DNA from: Bispira polyomma
Taxonomy: Eukaryota
Reading direction: 5' to 3'
Assembly: GCA_965649765.1 (NCBI GenBank)
Contig: OZ287756.1
Location: 35,216,001-35,280,000 of the forward strand
Length of the DNA stretch: 64,000 nt
Under the pieces are notes generated by a model. That model worked only from the letters and a program-made list of their open reading frames with translations, did no database searches and was not told the DNA's origin. Shown piece by piece: positions 26,041 to 40,369 of the stretch (its first letter is position 1; the number at the start of each line of letters is the position of its first letter). Made by a program: the position numbers and the translations under genes.

Positions 26041-29000
26041 CTTCAATACCAGGGATCACAGACTTCTTTGAAGGCCTTCATCATGACTGGAGATCTTAAT
26101 ATTTTCTCAAGATAAATACTGTATTCCATAAATACAGCTCCGTTATTGTTGTAACTGCATCTCATAATTACAGGTATTATTACCTTGTTATATTTGTTAT
26201 TTGTACAAACACTTCTATGATAATCTGTGAAGGAGTGACTTTTATAAGTTCTGTTTTTTCCCCCAATTTCTTCCTTGCCCTGGTGCCAACAGAAATCTAA
26301 GAGATGCTGATGGTCCTATGTTGTCACAATAATAACTTCTGTCAAATTATTACATCTCTCTTGCAGGAATAGATTTTGAGTCTTATTAAATTAACACTTG
26401 TTTGAATCTTGTACAGAATTTACCCTGTTTTGAAGTACTATCACAGATAAGCCTACTGTATTATACTGCACATGTTAAGTCATCTTGAGAGCAGATTATC
26501 TTCAGTCTGTGTCAACTAAAAGGACATTATTTTATGAAAGTTACTCAGAAGTACAGGTGCAAACGTATGAACCTCTGAAACCTAAAATAGATTTCAGTAA
26601 TATATATATGCAAGTTAATTTTCAAACTGTTTACACTAATTAACAATTTGCAGAAGGGCTTCTTAAATTTTTCCATTTTACTCAGGGTGTAAAGAGGGAA
26701 ATGAGTCCACGAAACTCATGTCTTTTTATAATATTTACAATGTGTGATAAAGAAGCCTCTTGTTGAGACAAATACCATCTGTTTACAGAATCTTTCATGT
26801 GGTTTTTTTTGGTAAAAGAGTGCCTTCAGTAATCTGAATTACTAACACCACCAGTCAGAAACTTTATGAAAATTGGGGGTCATTAGGAACATTACCATGA
26901 AAAAGACTGTAAAAAATATGTTATGAAATATATTCTACTTGAAGCCTAGCATACTAATTGAAATTATGATTTTAGTTTAATCTGACACCAAAAATTATTA
27001 GTTTAAAATATGCTATTGTCTGTTCAAACGTTCTTTTGTTCATGTTGAATTATGGCTGTTCACTACATAGATATCATCACAAAATATATAACAAAGTGTC
27101 TATTGGTCCACAAGACATACACCACAGTAACAAATAATATTATATAGTCGTTTTATTTCGAATTTACCACTACAATTTATGATTGCATCAAGTATCTTTT
27201 AAGTCTTTTTATTTTCAGAGATTTTATGAATAATATCTAAAGTTACTTGTACTTGTTTAATATATAAAAGTTAATTAATTCAAAGAGTTTCTCAGCAAAC
27301 CTACCTTAAAGCTGCTATATTATTATTACTCTGAGCTGTCCAATAAAATGTAATCTTCTGAATATCAAAGTAAAGTTGTTAATTTAATTAAAATTAACAT
27401 TACAAAGTGAAACAGCATGAGGCAGAAGAAAATTTTATATACAAAAGTGACATCCATGCCTGGTGTGTTATACGGATGAATGTATCAAACCGTTATCTTA
27501 ATATGCATGTATCAATGTTTGAAAAACTTAAGATAAAGTTCTTGTCGCTTCTTATTCAGGTCAGAGCAAGTTTGCCTTTTGTTTATATTTCCTTCTTTTT
27601 TCAATTTAATTCCCAATTTTTCAGTTATATTACTATCTAAGTTCTTAGTTTATGCAATTATTTTGTGTTTCAGCAATTCAACCAACAGCCTTTTCAATGA
27701 ATTTTCTCTGCTATTTAAGCATATATAGTCCAATTTTAAAATTCAAAGTTGCACAGTTAAATTTCCCTCAACAACAACAACTTTGCATCCCACACAGTAC
27801 AATATTGTACATATAGTTGTTTTTCCAACAATTCACACACCACTTAAAAACAATGTCACTGCTATTTTCGACTGAAAACTTGGACGGTTCTTGGCAAAAC
27901 CCAAGGCTAGTGTCCTAACCTCCTGTGCTGGCTGGCTAGTATTTATATCCTTCCTGTATTACAATACATAATTATGGTGCACTGTGCATCTTAATCTGTA
28001 TTTACAACGAAAATTTACAGCCCCGGATGATTAGCAGAATAAGGTAGGGGGGGGAGGCACATGTGCACCACGGTAAAAAAAACCGTTCCAAACTGTTAAG
28101 CACAAAAACAAGGTAAATTCCCCCAACCCTGATTAACTCTAGTTTAAGGGATCATTTGGCTTTTCTTCTAATTACAAATCGACAAGCAATAATTAGCTAT
28201 GCCTGATTAAAACCCAAGCAACGGCAGCTATTTTTCAGACTCAAAAAAAAAGAACTGGGGGAGACAAAAATTTTATTTGGCCAGTTAGATTCATCACATG
28301 ATGCTCATTTAAGCTGGATTATGGGGCAAATTTAATCACACATCAAACATGTTTTATATATATCTTTCCATGCTGTACCAGTGGACAAATTACTGGCACA
28401 ACAATTAGTCTGATGCAGCATTGACTTATAGGATTGGAATGGGTGATTAAACCCCCACGGCTTTAATGAGAGATGCTATTATGAAATGGGATGACATCCT
28501 TTGAAACAAAAGAGGCTGCCGACAAACAGGTGGAAAATTATTAAATCTCTCTTTATCCCCAATTGATCAAAATCCCTAATTGGCACACATCTCATTACGC
28601 AGAATTGATGAGGTCTTTCTTTTGATGAACCTACATTTGTGGAAATTGTCCTGTATTACTTATACCTACGTTTAGTACCGGGGACATGTTTTAAAGCATT
28701 TGTATTTTAAACTTGTATTACCAAATGTTGGGAGGATTTAAATCTATAAACTAAATATCACATTTGTTTTTTAAGTCTTCAATATGACTATGTAAACTGT
28801 TTAGTAAGTTGTAACATTTTTATACAGTTTCTAAACATACATGTTGGTATTTGAAACAAATGTAATAAAGGAATACTTCCATATAATATAAAATATTTCA
28901 ACTTAAAAATTTAACACAAAAAATAGAGAATAAGGAAAAACATTTTAAGTCTATTTTAGACAGATTTATGGTAATATCCGTATACAACTTATAAAGTTGA

Positions 29001-31746
29001 CATTACAGAAATCTATTTCAGTAAAATGTAGGTATGTATAGTTAAATTTTGTTTATTAATTGTATATTAATATAAAATAAATTTTGTTAAAACTTATCAT
29101 GGCTGTACAACAACCACCCACTCTTGTTTTGTGTTTGAATTAATATAGAATTCTTTTGTGGCTGGTTGCAATAATTTGTATTTACTTGGAAGTCATTATA
29201 TATTTTGCAAGTCACTACAATTAATAAATACCAATACATATAATATTGTTAGAACACGAGTGTTGCTCTCAGGATATACAGGATATGACTGACTTTTAAA
29301 GAATTTGTATTTTTAAAATCTTAAATAAGAAAAGTAATAGATAAAAAATTCCCAAACTGCAGAAGAATAATTTTGACTTGCTGAAATATTTGGTGACCTA
29401 CTTAGTTCAGAAAATGCAATAAATACAACATGGTGTCTGATACCTGGTACTTTATGTCATGTCACAAAGATAGACTGTTATAATTTATTTAGTGATCATC
29501 ACTAGGTTTCATTTGCTCCTCCAAATTAACGAGTCTCAAACAACAGAAACCATTTAAATTGTTAGTTAGCATAAATTGCAAACAGCTCTTTGCATGAAAT
29601 TTTTTTTTTTTTAAATTATCTTATTTTTTAAATAATATTTTAGATTAACAATATTATTTTGTCGGGTGTATCTTGTGCATATCTTGTGGACAACATTATA
29701 GCACCTTGAAATTTTATGTTTTTTAATTTAATTATTTTAAATTTTGAGTTAATTTTAATTTGGAATAATTTGAATTCTCTCTCTGCTTTATATAGTCGAG
29801 CCTCTTTAAGTAGAACTCTGTTTAGTGGAATTTCCTGTTAAGTATGATTTATATTTAATTCGACCTCTTAGGTGGAAATCTTAAGTAGAGGTATTTCTTG
29901 TGGTATTTTGAGGTTCTACTTAACAGGGTTCAACTGAATATTTATTTCAAAAGCGACATAACTCAATATAAACAGCCATAATCCATGAACACATGTTAGA
30001 GGATACATATTGCACCTCATTTGTTTAGTTTTATAGAGAAATGTGTTACTATTTTTAGCCCACAGCTCTCTCTCGCTCTCTGCACATTTATATATCCATG
30101 TTTCTGATTGCAATTTCTATCCAACAGTTCTTCACACCCATGGTGCTGCAGTGAGCTGACCACAACAACATATTGTCAGATCAGTGTTTCTCTTTTTTTT
30201 AAATATCCACAAGATTGTAAACGTAGAGCTTCCACTGATTGGACAATTATTCATTAATGGTATCATTAAAGACAGAGCTATCCATCACATATTGAGTCCT
30301 TCTTGTGTAGAGTGTGTTTTGTTGTGCATATTATAATACCTGGTTGTTTATAGTCTATCAGTTGTTGTTTAGCACTGTGCACACACACACCAACACACAC
30401 ACACACACATCAGTGGCTAGCTGGACTCAACTCATCAATTGCTGTAAGTATTGATGGACTCTGACTACAGTCTCTGATAGTAGTGGCTACTACCACAACT
30501 CGCCACCACACACATACACACACCAAAAGGTATTATAACACCATTGGCCAGCCAAAAGCAGTGACCTTACTTCAACCTCCATATGTGGCTATTGCTGACA
30601 CAAGCCTCCTCTAGTTCTATAGCATACACTCCGGTCAATCAATAAGGCCATTAACCACAGACCAACAGAAACACATTATGTGTTGGTCTATGAGGTCAAG
30701 CCCATGTATTATATATAGGAAATATAGTGTTAATGTCCTCACCACCAGTGAGCTGGTTTTCTTTATTCTCTGTATGTATATATATTTATATAGAACCGAT
30801 ACCATTCACTAATACTATACAAGTCCTATAGCTTGTTTTAAGAAGATCAAACATCTCTACTAACTATAACCAGGTAGGGGCAGCCTATACCCACCTTATA
30901 ATAACATCATTTACTTCAGAGCTCTCTCTAGCTCAGATAACATAGTAATTACTGACCAATAATCAACTCAGTGTCCAGAGTAGATCTACCACAAATCTAC
31001 CAGACTACAAAAAAGAAAATATATACCCAAGCCTCTGTAACCAAGTAACCTTGTCTCGTCATAATACTCTGAAACTTTTTAGGATTCACAAGTTTTATGC
31101 TTCAGAAAATTTCTGACATTTTTTCAAATTATAAGCCATTACAATAATAACTGCTTCACTCAAACTCACTTTTTATGTAAACACAAGAGGGGATATAATG
31201 TAAATAATATATCCCAGTAAAAGTAAATTTGCTGGATGGTAACATTCATGATGTCGTTGTTTTGACAAAATATCATCTTTTTAACACTTTCTTGGATCTA
31301 TAATCAGATAGCATAAATAATATAGTGCCATAATATAATAAAAGTGGATTCCTTTTTAGTGGAATATTACATTTTTGTGGAAAAAAACTATAGTTTCACA
31401 AAAGACCCTTACTTCAATATCTACCCTGTCTCTAAGTAAATATCCTGACGAGGTAGAGGTTATTTCTCCTGGTCCTGCAAGGTTCGACTTGAAGGAATTA
31501 AAAATGCACCAAAAATATATTCTATGGAGTCTTAAATCTAACTGGAGTCTATTCAGAGATTTGCCAGAACAATGAGATATAAAATTTACAAGGTTTAAAA
31601 TATAACAACTCCCTGATGACCTACTATAGCCGTTGGTAGATAATAATGTAACAAATAGAATATCACAAAAGCCTTGGAAAAAAATTAAAAAATTTGTCAA
31701 CTTCTGTTTTTTCTTTGCTTATGAAAACACGTTATTTTTTTACACT

Positions 31747-31970
31747 TGGAGTAAGGAATCTAAAATTCATCACTATATCTGAAATTCGCCACACCTAAAA
31801 TTTAGGCCAAATCAATAAAAACTTGTGAAAAATAACTGTAATTTAGGTAAGGCAAAATAGTCACAAAAATCTCAATTTCATCAAACATTACATACAATTC
31901 TACTGAAAAAATTATATTTTCTATGTAGTGAATTCCAGATACAGTGGCGAATTTTAGATTCCATACTCTA
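31747..31970. mobile_element. MITE (TIR ...GTAAGGAATCTAAAATT); related copy at ~53440-53661 in MMP intron 1
   Basis: Inverted termini, and internal sequence shared with the intron-1 copy. Confidence 0.65.
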
Positions 31971-32525
31971 TTAGGGGTATGTATTGAAATTCAATTTAAG
32001 GCAAGATCAATTTGAGAAGGGGAGTATCTTCCGGCCAGTCAGTGCAGCTCACCATAGATTCCCTGGTGAATGAGTTTGTTGTTCTATATTGTATAGGTGG
32101 GGGGAAAGGAGGTGGGGGGGGGGGCACACCACAATCTAATAAAGCCTAAACATGCTTTACCCCATTTCCTATATTTTCACTGGATTCTGTACTTTGGCCT
32201 ACTACTTACATTATTTGCCCTCAAAATGTTACTGCTGACCACAACAGCCATAAAGTCAGCTTATGAATATTTTTTAATAGAAAAAACCCCCCTTAAGTCT
32301 CCTTCCTTTTTATAATTGTTTTCTGCACCTGTAACAAGACCAATTAGGTCACGACTTGGACAGATGTTATTCCAAACCGAGTTTGTTTACTGGTGAGAAT
32401 AATACAGCAAAAGGAAAGTTTACTGACACATGGTGACTTGAAAGGATGACTTGACAAAATTGGCTCTAATACCCCAAAACCAGCCAAAATCTCCACGTGG
32501 ATTAAAACATGGCTTATAACAGTTA

Positions 32526-32659
32526 GCCTACGCTTCCTTTCAGCATGTATACAATACTACCAAGTGCTTCCTTTCAGCAGATTTGCATCAGATCTGATCA
32601 GGCGTCGGCCGGATTGGACTTACCCAAATCGTCGGAATGTGCTGAAAGGAAGCCTAAGC
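32526..32659. mobile_element. Small MITE (TIR ...GCTTCCTTTCAGCA); relative at ~54200-54381
   Basis: Inverted termini flanked by TTA. Confidence 0.6.
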
Positions 32660-32762
32660 TTAGTCTATGTTCCCATGTCGGCAATTGGCGACGGCAATCA
32701 GCCGACAGACAATCAGCAATTTTTATGTTTCCATAGAATTATTTGAGAAAAATAGATACCTG

Positions 32763-32869
32763 GGGCCGTATTCACGAAAGGACTTAGCCAGGTCTTGGGC
32801 TTAAACCTAGCACAAAAGTATACTGATTTAAGCCAAAGACCTGGCTAAGTCCCTTCGTGAATACGGCCC
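32763..32869. mobile_element. 107-bp hairpin MITE inserted at a CWG site within another MITE (~32663-32950)
   Basis: Near-perfect ~40-bp TIRs GGGCCGTATTCACGAA..; flanks CTG/CAG; the host reads atagatacctgtattt uninterrupted near 13346. Relatives at ~57371-57485 and 63891-64000. Confidence 0.85.
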
Positions 32870-32948
32870 CAGTATTTAAAGTAAAATATGTTAGCCGTAT
32901 CTCTACTGATTTTGATGCAACAAAAAGCACATTATACATTATAAAATA

Positions 32949-33091
32949 AGTTCAGATAATAGAGGTTTTACTGTATTCAGATAACAAAAGTTCAGATAAT
33001 AGAGGTTCAACTGTATTCAGATAACAAAAGTTCAGATAATAGAGGTTCTACTGTATTCAGATAACAAAAGTTCAGATAATAGAGGTTCTAC
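32949..33091. repeat. 40-bp tandem repeat (3.5 copies) made of a Tc1/mariner-like MITE end (..GATAATAGAGGTTCTACTGTA)
   Basis: Period 40; the same terminus is seen at ~18735-18760 and ~53190-53214. Confidence 0.8.
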
Positions 33092-36000
33092 CTTACATGT
33101 GTACACAGAAGGAGACAAAAAAGCCAATTCAAAGCACCGAAATAATTAAAGCATCTGGAAAACACAACAATCTCAGTTGAAGTCGGAAGAAAATTACACC
33201 AAATTACTGATGCCCTCAAAAAGGAGGAATTAAAGTGTCTATTTAGACAATATTTTGAAGGAAAGCCTTGCTTTATAAGTCCTTTTATATATCCATAGAA
33301 AAACACTCAAGGATTAACTCACAGGTAATATATTTTGTCTCCGAAACAATAAATTTTGTACTCAAAAGAGTACGTAATACAACACAACATAAAGGAACTT
33401 TAACAACCTAATTACATTCCAATTGTATCATTTTGTATACAATATTATGGGGGGACAAGTACACGTAAAAACATTTTTGTGAATTAAGTCTTCCTACTCA
33501 AAATTTCCTCTGTGGTAATTTTGCATTAAAATCTTAACAGAGAAGGACAACCAGATACACCAAAAACAGCCATATAAAGTTTTATAACAGCATCTTTAGG
33601 TGTTACATTATTCAGAGGTATTCACTGATCTGTAAATGAATATATATGATGTCCCACTGTTCAGCTGCATCTGAATGTCTAATGGTCAACTGGGTGTCAT
33701 TAATGGTCATCTCGATGTGGTGTAAACATCACTGGGAGTAGTCGGTATGGGTCACACCACTGCCACCCACAAGTTATAGCTAAACGCATTAGTAAAACTC
33801 ACAGGCCTGTGAAGTCAAACTGGGGAGATCACTTTATTGTGTATAAATAATACATGATACACTTGGTCCCCAGTCTACCACTAAACTGCACAGTTTCTCT
33901 CTGATGAAACTGCTCTAACTCAATCACAGGCAAAAGTGTGCTGCAATTTCAGCTACAAATTCTGATACCGCACCTAATGGCAATGTCCCACAGAAAAACA
34001 GCTTCAGCAGGCATGGTTTAAAACAGTTACTATTACTAACTGATATCAGCCATACATTTACATTGCAACTTATGTTTGGGGTTAATCGAGTTAATATCAA
34101 ACAGATTTAAAGGTATCATTTTGTATTACACAACTGAACCTCGACGTTTCAGATTTATAATTAAATGACTTGTACCAGTGACAGCAAATTCATAGTGCTG
34201 CTTGAAATATTTTAACTTTATCAGTAAAGGCCTTTATAGAAGACCAACTGCACGAACAACATGACACTACACAAGCCATATCAAATATAATACATGTACC
34301 TGTACCAAAAAGCCAGAGGCTGCTGTATATAATGATATACGAAATGACACAACGTTTTTCAAAGTTTTCAGAATAGCTGTATCGTGTAGTGTCGTGATTT
34401 TCTTTTTCTAATATTTTTGTCGCAATGTATGTAGGCCTTTAGGAAGCCACTTGAGCTCAAGACTATTGAGGGCATAATACAGTAGACTTTCTAATATCTG
34501 AACATCTGGGGAGGGCAAGATTTTGTTTGGATAATAGAAGCTTCAAACTTTGGGAGAGTGGCAATATATTCATAAAATTGAATATTCAGATAACACAAAT
34601 TTGTATAATAGAATTTGTTTCACTTTAGCTATATATGAAGTTGATAAACTAAATAACATTTGCCTTGGTGGTATAAACCCATTTATTTCTACAAAACTAA
34701 CCAAAGAGAGCCACAAACGTACAACATTTAACCACACGAGTTGAACTTGATGTCACTTCATAGATGTGAATAAACTTCTCCTTTTTGGAAACCAGAAAAG
34801 CTTCAAGCCCCTTTTACACAAAAGCCATCAATATATGTAGTCAGTAAAAGAAAAATATTCCAATCAACGGGCAATTTTTCAAAAGTCTATATAGAATGCA
34901 AGAGCAATGTGTGTGTAAAACTTCAATACACACACATTGATAAAATAAGGCAGTGGGGCCAAGCATGAGGCCAACTCACTGGGAATGACCTTCACCCTAG
35001 CTTGATAGTGTGTGTTGATTATTTGTCCAGTGTCTGTCTCAACCTGTGCTACAGCGCTCCCATTGATTGGTGGGTGTGTTTGAAGTTCTGGACACATAAT
35101 TATTCTCAAAGAACTCAAGATCTCACAATCCGAAAGTCTTTGAGCCTATCTCTGGCTAGAGTAAAAGTATGTAAAATCTGACTGCATATTTAAATTCAGC
35201 ACTAAAAGCTCTATAAAAATGAATGGTCACAAGTATAGGTTTATTCCACCTACAAGAACTTCCACACATAACCTTCCTTTGAGTCTCAGTTTAAGTTTAT
35301 TATGGGAAATGCATAGGCTCTGGTCAGTAGTTCTTCTACACACAAACTCCTTCAGTACACATAGGCCCACTTGTGTATTCTAAAGGACAGCTAAAAGAGA
35401 TATATACCAGTCGTAGTATACACATATATATATATACAGGTATTTATCTTTCAGGTTATAAAAAAAAGGTAATAATAGAACAGATAATTTTTTGAAAAAA
35501 TTTCAGTGGAAAAACTATTTTCCTAAGAACTTATGGCTTTCTTTAAGCTAGTTTTTGTAGGAAACAGGATTAAGATACTATCTCAGTGGTTGTATCTTTA
35601 GTATATAAAACCAACCACACACACTTATTTCTTGAGTTATCTTACAGAATATATAGAACCCAGGTTGTTTTCAACTCTGTAATCTCTGTATGAACACTTC
35701 CAAGACTTTCTAAGGCTCCACTTTTTAACCACCAAATTGCTGACCAATGACCACTATGAGTACATTAAAAACATTCTGATAAGAACTTGTAAACTCAACC
35801 TAGTATTTCTGTGTTATGTAAAGAAAACTAGAATATCTGTAACATTACAACTTGCTTTGCAGCAATGTATGCATTTTGTAATATTATAAAAAATGTTTAG
35901 GTCAGGATTACTGGGGCAATTCATTCTGCTACTTGGCTACTACACAGCATGAATGAATTAAAAAAGTTTACATTTAGGCCACCACAAGGTGGTATAATTA

Positions 36001-36999
36001 GCCTGTATTTCCATACACATGATAGCTAACGGCCAATACCCAGTCGGGTATTGCTCTCATTTTTCATACAAAATGTAACCGATGCCAATCAAAGTAAAAT
36101 TGACAAAACAACCAATACATCATGGAAACAATCAGATTTGCTGTCGGGTGTCGGTTATCTGGTGTCGGCTATCGGCAGTCTGCTACATGAAAACACAGGT
36201 ATGTATGATACAGGTACAATTACTGACTTTCCACCACCATATTAATTATATACGAGGTAACGTAAAGATACACTATAGATTTCACATAGCAAATTACGCT
36301 TGGACACACGTGCCATGTGTTCTAGAACAGAAAGATGTTGAAATCCACATTTAAAATATAATCACTCCAGAATTATTCAGTGTGCTCTTTCACTGCATTC
36401 CATACTAATTCGATTGAAACACACTATTTTGTTCTACTTTTTTTCTTTAAAATTGTTATTGTTATTGCCATTATAAACTTGAATGTGGAAGACAATGTCA
36501 TTATAAACTTTGACTTAAATGTGGTGAAGACTTCTTCAGTAGCTTTGCTTTATAGAGGTGAAAACAGTTTTGAAGACAAGAAAAGTGCGGCCCATGGCCG
36601 GTGACTAGTTTGCTATGCATATGCCTGAGGCCATGCATAATACTCAAAAGTAGCCAAACGAATTTTCAATCCCCAACAATTTATAAAATTGTAATCTTTA
36701 GTAAATCCTCGAACATTTGAGTACCAGACATTTGCTGTCGATTCTGAAAATAGTGACCCAGTCACTAGTTGGCCGGCGAAATGGATTCTGAAAACGATCT
36801 TGATACGTAGCAATTCTGTTATCGTCCATTACTCAAGTTTGCGTCAGCAATACTATAAATAGAAACAATACTTTGCAAACCTCATTTTATATAGTCCATT
36901 GAAGATTGTGGCTTTACAATTCGATGCAATTTCCTTATATAACATTTTACTTCTTTTGTTGTGGTTATTTTGCTGGGAAATCCCCCATGCTTTTTTTTA

Positions 37000-37325
37000 A
37001 TAGGTGACCCGCAGCGCACACACTTGCGCATTTACGCATGCGCACTGAAGACGTCCCTGGTCTCCCCTAAAATAAAATTAGTTGTATCGAACAAAAAAAA
37101 TAATAAAACAGAAATATTCGCGGATTCGTTTTCAGAATCTACCCCAAAAACAAAACCGGAGCACAAGAGCCCAAACTCTAGAATCGATGCAAATTTCAGA
37201 CCATAGCTCCCTACCAGTTTCAAGATTATCCTGTCGACACATTTTGAAACTTTTTCTAGCTTTCCTACCGCTGATATCAACTAGTTTGCACATGCGCAGA
37301 CTTGCACAATGTGCAAACTAGTTAA
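37000..37325. mobile_element. Helentron/HINE-like non-autonomous element with terminal hairpin
   Basis: Ends in stem-loop AACTAGTTTGCACAT...ATGTGCAAACTAGTT; class assignment is by resemblance only. Confidence 0.4.
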
Positions 37326-38792
37326 TAATAGCTATGGTAGCCATCTTGTTTTTCTTAAAATGGTCCAAAAGCAATCCCAAGTGAGCTATTGTCATGATAA
37401 CCCTATGTATAAAATTGGGTAAAAAAGTTGTGGCAGTTTTCTTTGAATGATCAGAAACTATTTTTTAGAGAACAGAGATGCAGGCCATAAATTGGGCCAA
37501 AAGCTCACCATGATAAACATATCTATTAAATTTGGCGAAGACATCTAAAATTATATTTTAATACCATATACTAAATAGTAAATACATCTACAATAAGCTT
37601 TTTTAGATAGCGAAAAGCATACTCAGATGAATGACGCACAACAAAACCATATTAGATAAGTTAACCCATGACATTTCTAGATGTATCATATAATCTCTAT
37701 TAAAAACATCTATTGTTATTATCTATAAAATATTATGACAATATCATTTATCTCTAACGAGTTAGCTTTATAGAAGACATAATATATTTTATACATGTAT
37801 TAAAATCTGGCTATGGTGGCTATCTGTTGATTACTAGATGTGTACCGTACCAAAGATACCGTACAATATATTGGAATTTGGCCCATCATTCTACTGTGAG
37901 CCGCTCAAAACCCTAAAAGCTCAATGAAATTTAGTGTACAGTGTAGAGACTTCCCTAAAGTAAGATACTAAAGTCTTCTGAACTGTCACCAGAGCATAAA
38001 AATAATATGTGCTGCATATCACATTCATACAGATGGCCTCTTTGCATTACATTAAGTTCTGAAATCTGCGTTGGAATTTTGGGGAATTTCTATACAGTGT
38101 AGAAGGAAGTTTGTAACCTTCAGTCACTGGTTACCCCTGGTTACACAGTGACTGGTATTATTGACCTTAAAATATGGAGTCACTATGACTCCGTCATTCC
38201 TAAAAATCAAAACCAAAAAATCCACCTTTTTTTCTGAATCCTATGTTGAAAATCTTAATTTACACTTGATGTTAAATTCTATCAAGCTATAATCAATGTC
38301 CAGACATTGTTTAGGACATATATTCCAACCAAGATCAAAACAGGGAGAGGTTCATGAACAAAGAGTCCAGTTGCAACTAGCTGACGTATGTTACGGCAGA
38401 AAAGCAAGACTGATACAGATAGGATTTTAGTTTTTGCTAAAGTCTACACATTGTGTAATCCTAAACTTCAAATCTATTCTAATAACACATTATAGTGCTT
38501 AATCTTCGGTATAGTGGATTCTAAGGCACATTTATCATTATAATATATCAAGTCTCGTCACGTCTGTAGACTCAAAATATGTTGATATACATACATGTAT
38601 ATATATAAATACTCCTTACACCTACAGACACGCGTTTTTGTATTCCCTTGCTTGTACATTCAAAACACTGAGTATAGATTTTACTCAAAAGTCTTCATTG
38701 CTGGGTATGTTAATGGCAATGTATTAATTAGAAAACAGATTTTTTTTACAAAAACAAAGCGTCCTGAGGTTAAAATAATAGTTGTTTAGTGT

Positions 38793-39084
38793 ACAAGGTT
38801 TAAAGTTGTTTTCAAAGTTGACATAAACAGAATTAACCCTGTGGGTCCAAAATGAGCTTGAAATCGACAAGCACTTTTATTTCCCCAGTCACCTGACAAT
38901 AAGGTAGGCCGAAGTTTAAATCCAAGAATTTGAAAAAAATTTCCCACTCCTCGTTAAGAGAACTGCCAAAAATAATTTTGATGCAGATAATATTGGAGGA
39001 GATATTCAAGGAATACTATGCGGCGGCGGCGGCAGCGAGGAAACTAGGGGTGAAACCAAATAATCGCCCAAGGGACGCTTAATT
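38793..39084 (+). mobile_element. HINE-like element with (GCG)n microsatellite
   Basis: acaagg start, GCGGCG tract at ~39020, short terminal hairpin then ttaatt. Confidence 0.4.
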
Positions 39085-40235
39085 ACACTGATGCAGGAGT
39101 GAAGAAGGGAAGCATCTAGACATTTCAGGAGGACATTCAGGATATATGCCTGGCATGACTCTGAGAGCCAAATGGGCCGTCAGAGCGATTGAAAGTCAGG
39201 AAACAATTTCTGATATCAGTGGTTTTGCATTTCTGAAATAATAGTGAGCATTTTTGTAAAACTCACAAAAATTCTTGATGGCAAATCCTAAAATTTCTTC
39301 CATAAATACTTATTAGCAGATTCTTCATACAATGACAGATTGAAAATGGACTTCAAACAACCCTGTCCTGTTGTCAAGATAACCATATCACACTTTTTGC
39401 AGAAAGTTGGAGTGAATAGGCTCGAGATTCAAGTACCAACCAGGGAGATTCATTCCAAAAGCTTTAGTAGTTCCCGAGAAAATACCCCCCTCGCCCCAAT
39501 CTTTAAGAGGAATGTACACTCTATATACAGCTTCCGCACTCGGAAGCGCCTATGCATTTGTAAGCCCCCCCCCCCCCCCCCACTTTTGGGATGTTATGTA
39601 ACTATAACCCAAAATATATAATAAAGTAACCATATTTTTAAGCTGATGCAATGATTTTTCATTATGAAAACTGTGTTCTACTATTTTAAATTTGTAAATT
39701 TAAAGCACCACCAGTAACCAAGCAATAATCATTTCCTGTCTGAAGTGTACACTAATGCCCAGCGAGAATAATTTTCATTATCGCCCACCCCTACTTTGGA
39801 CATTTTCACGCTAATAGCACCTGGACACTTCTGAGAACGGGAAAAATTCATCAGTAGATGGTCCCTACCTTCTGAGTTGATATTAAGGTTCAAATTGGTC
39901 TGTCTTGCACTATTTATAGACACATCTTATGACTTGGCTATGTCTTTGGGACTATCCCTTGGTTAATGGATTCGGATGCCTAGCACCAATTAATGCACGT
40001 TAAAATAATCTAAAATCCATAACACAAAAATGTAAAATGGCCAAAAAGAATGTGAACTAGCCAGTCCAAACACTATGATGCACACCCAGATGGCCATATG
40101 CTCAACATATGATCCAAATTTGATGTATAAACTCTCAAATCAGAATTGACTCGTGAGATATGAACCACAAAACAATTTAAAGTTTAGGTCTTAAATGAGT
40201 AAGTCTAAGGACAAAGTAAATTGAATTATGTGCGG

Positions 40236-40369
40236 CCCACAGTAAGGAACTACCACCTTTCCTACATATGCATTGACGGGAGTCGAACCTACGCCAGCCG
40301 ATCCCAAAGGTGAGAGACTAGTGATTGTGAAGCACAATGCTTGCTAACCACTAGGCCACCACGGCCCTC
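40236..40369 (-). mobile_element. SINE 5' half (same subfamily as 44184)
   Basis: Reverse complement gtggcctagtggttagcaagcattgtgcttcacaatcact matches the 44184 head. Confidence 0.7.

Noticed and set aside
28000-28640. TAAT-rich enhancer-like stretch
   Set aside because: Motifs expected by chance in AT-rich DNA; cannot be supported without conservation data.
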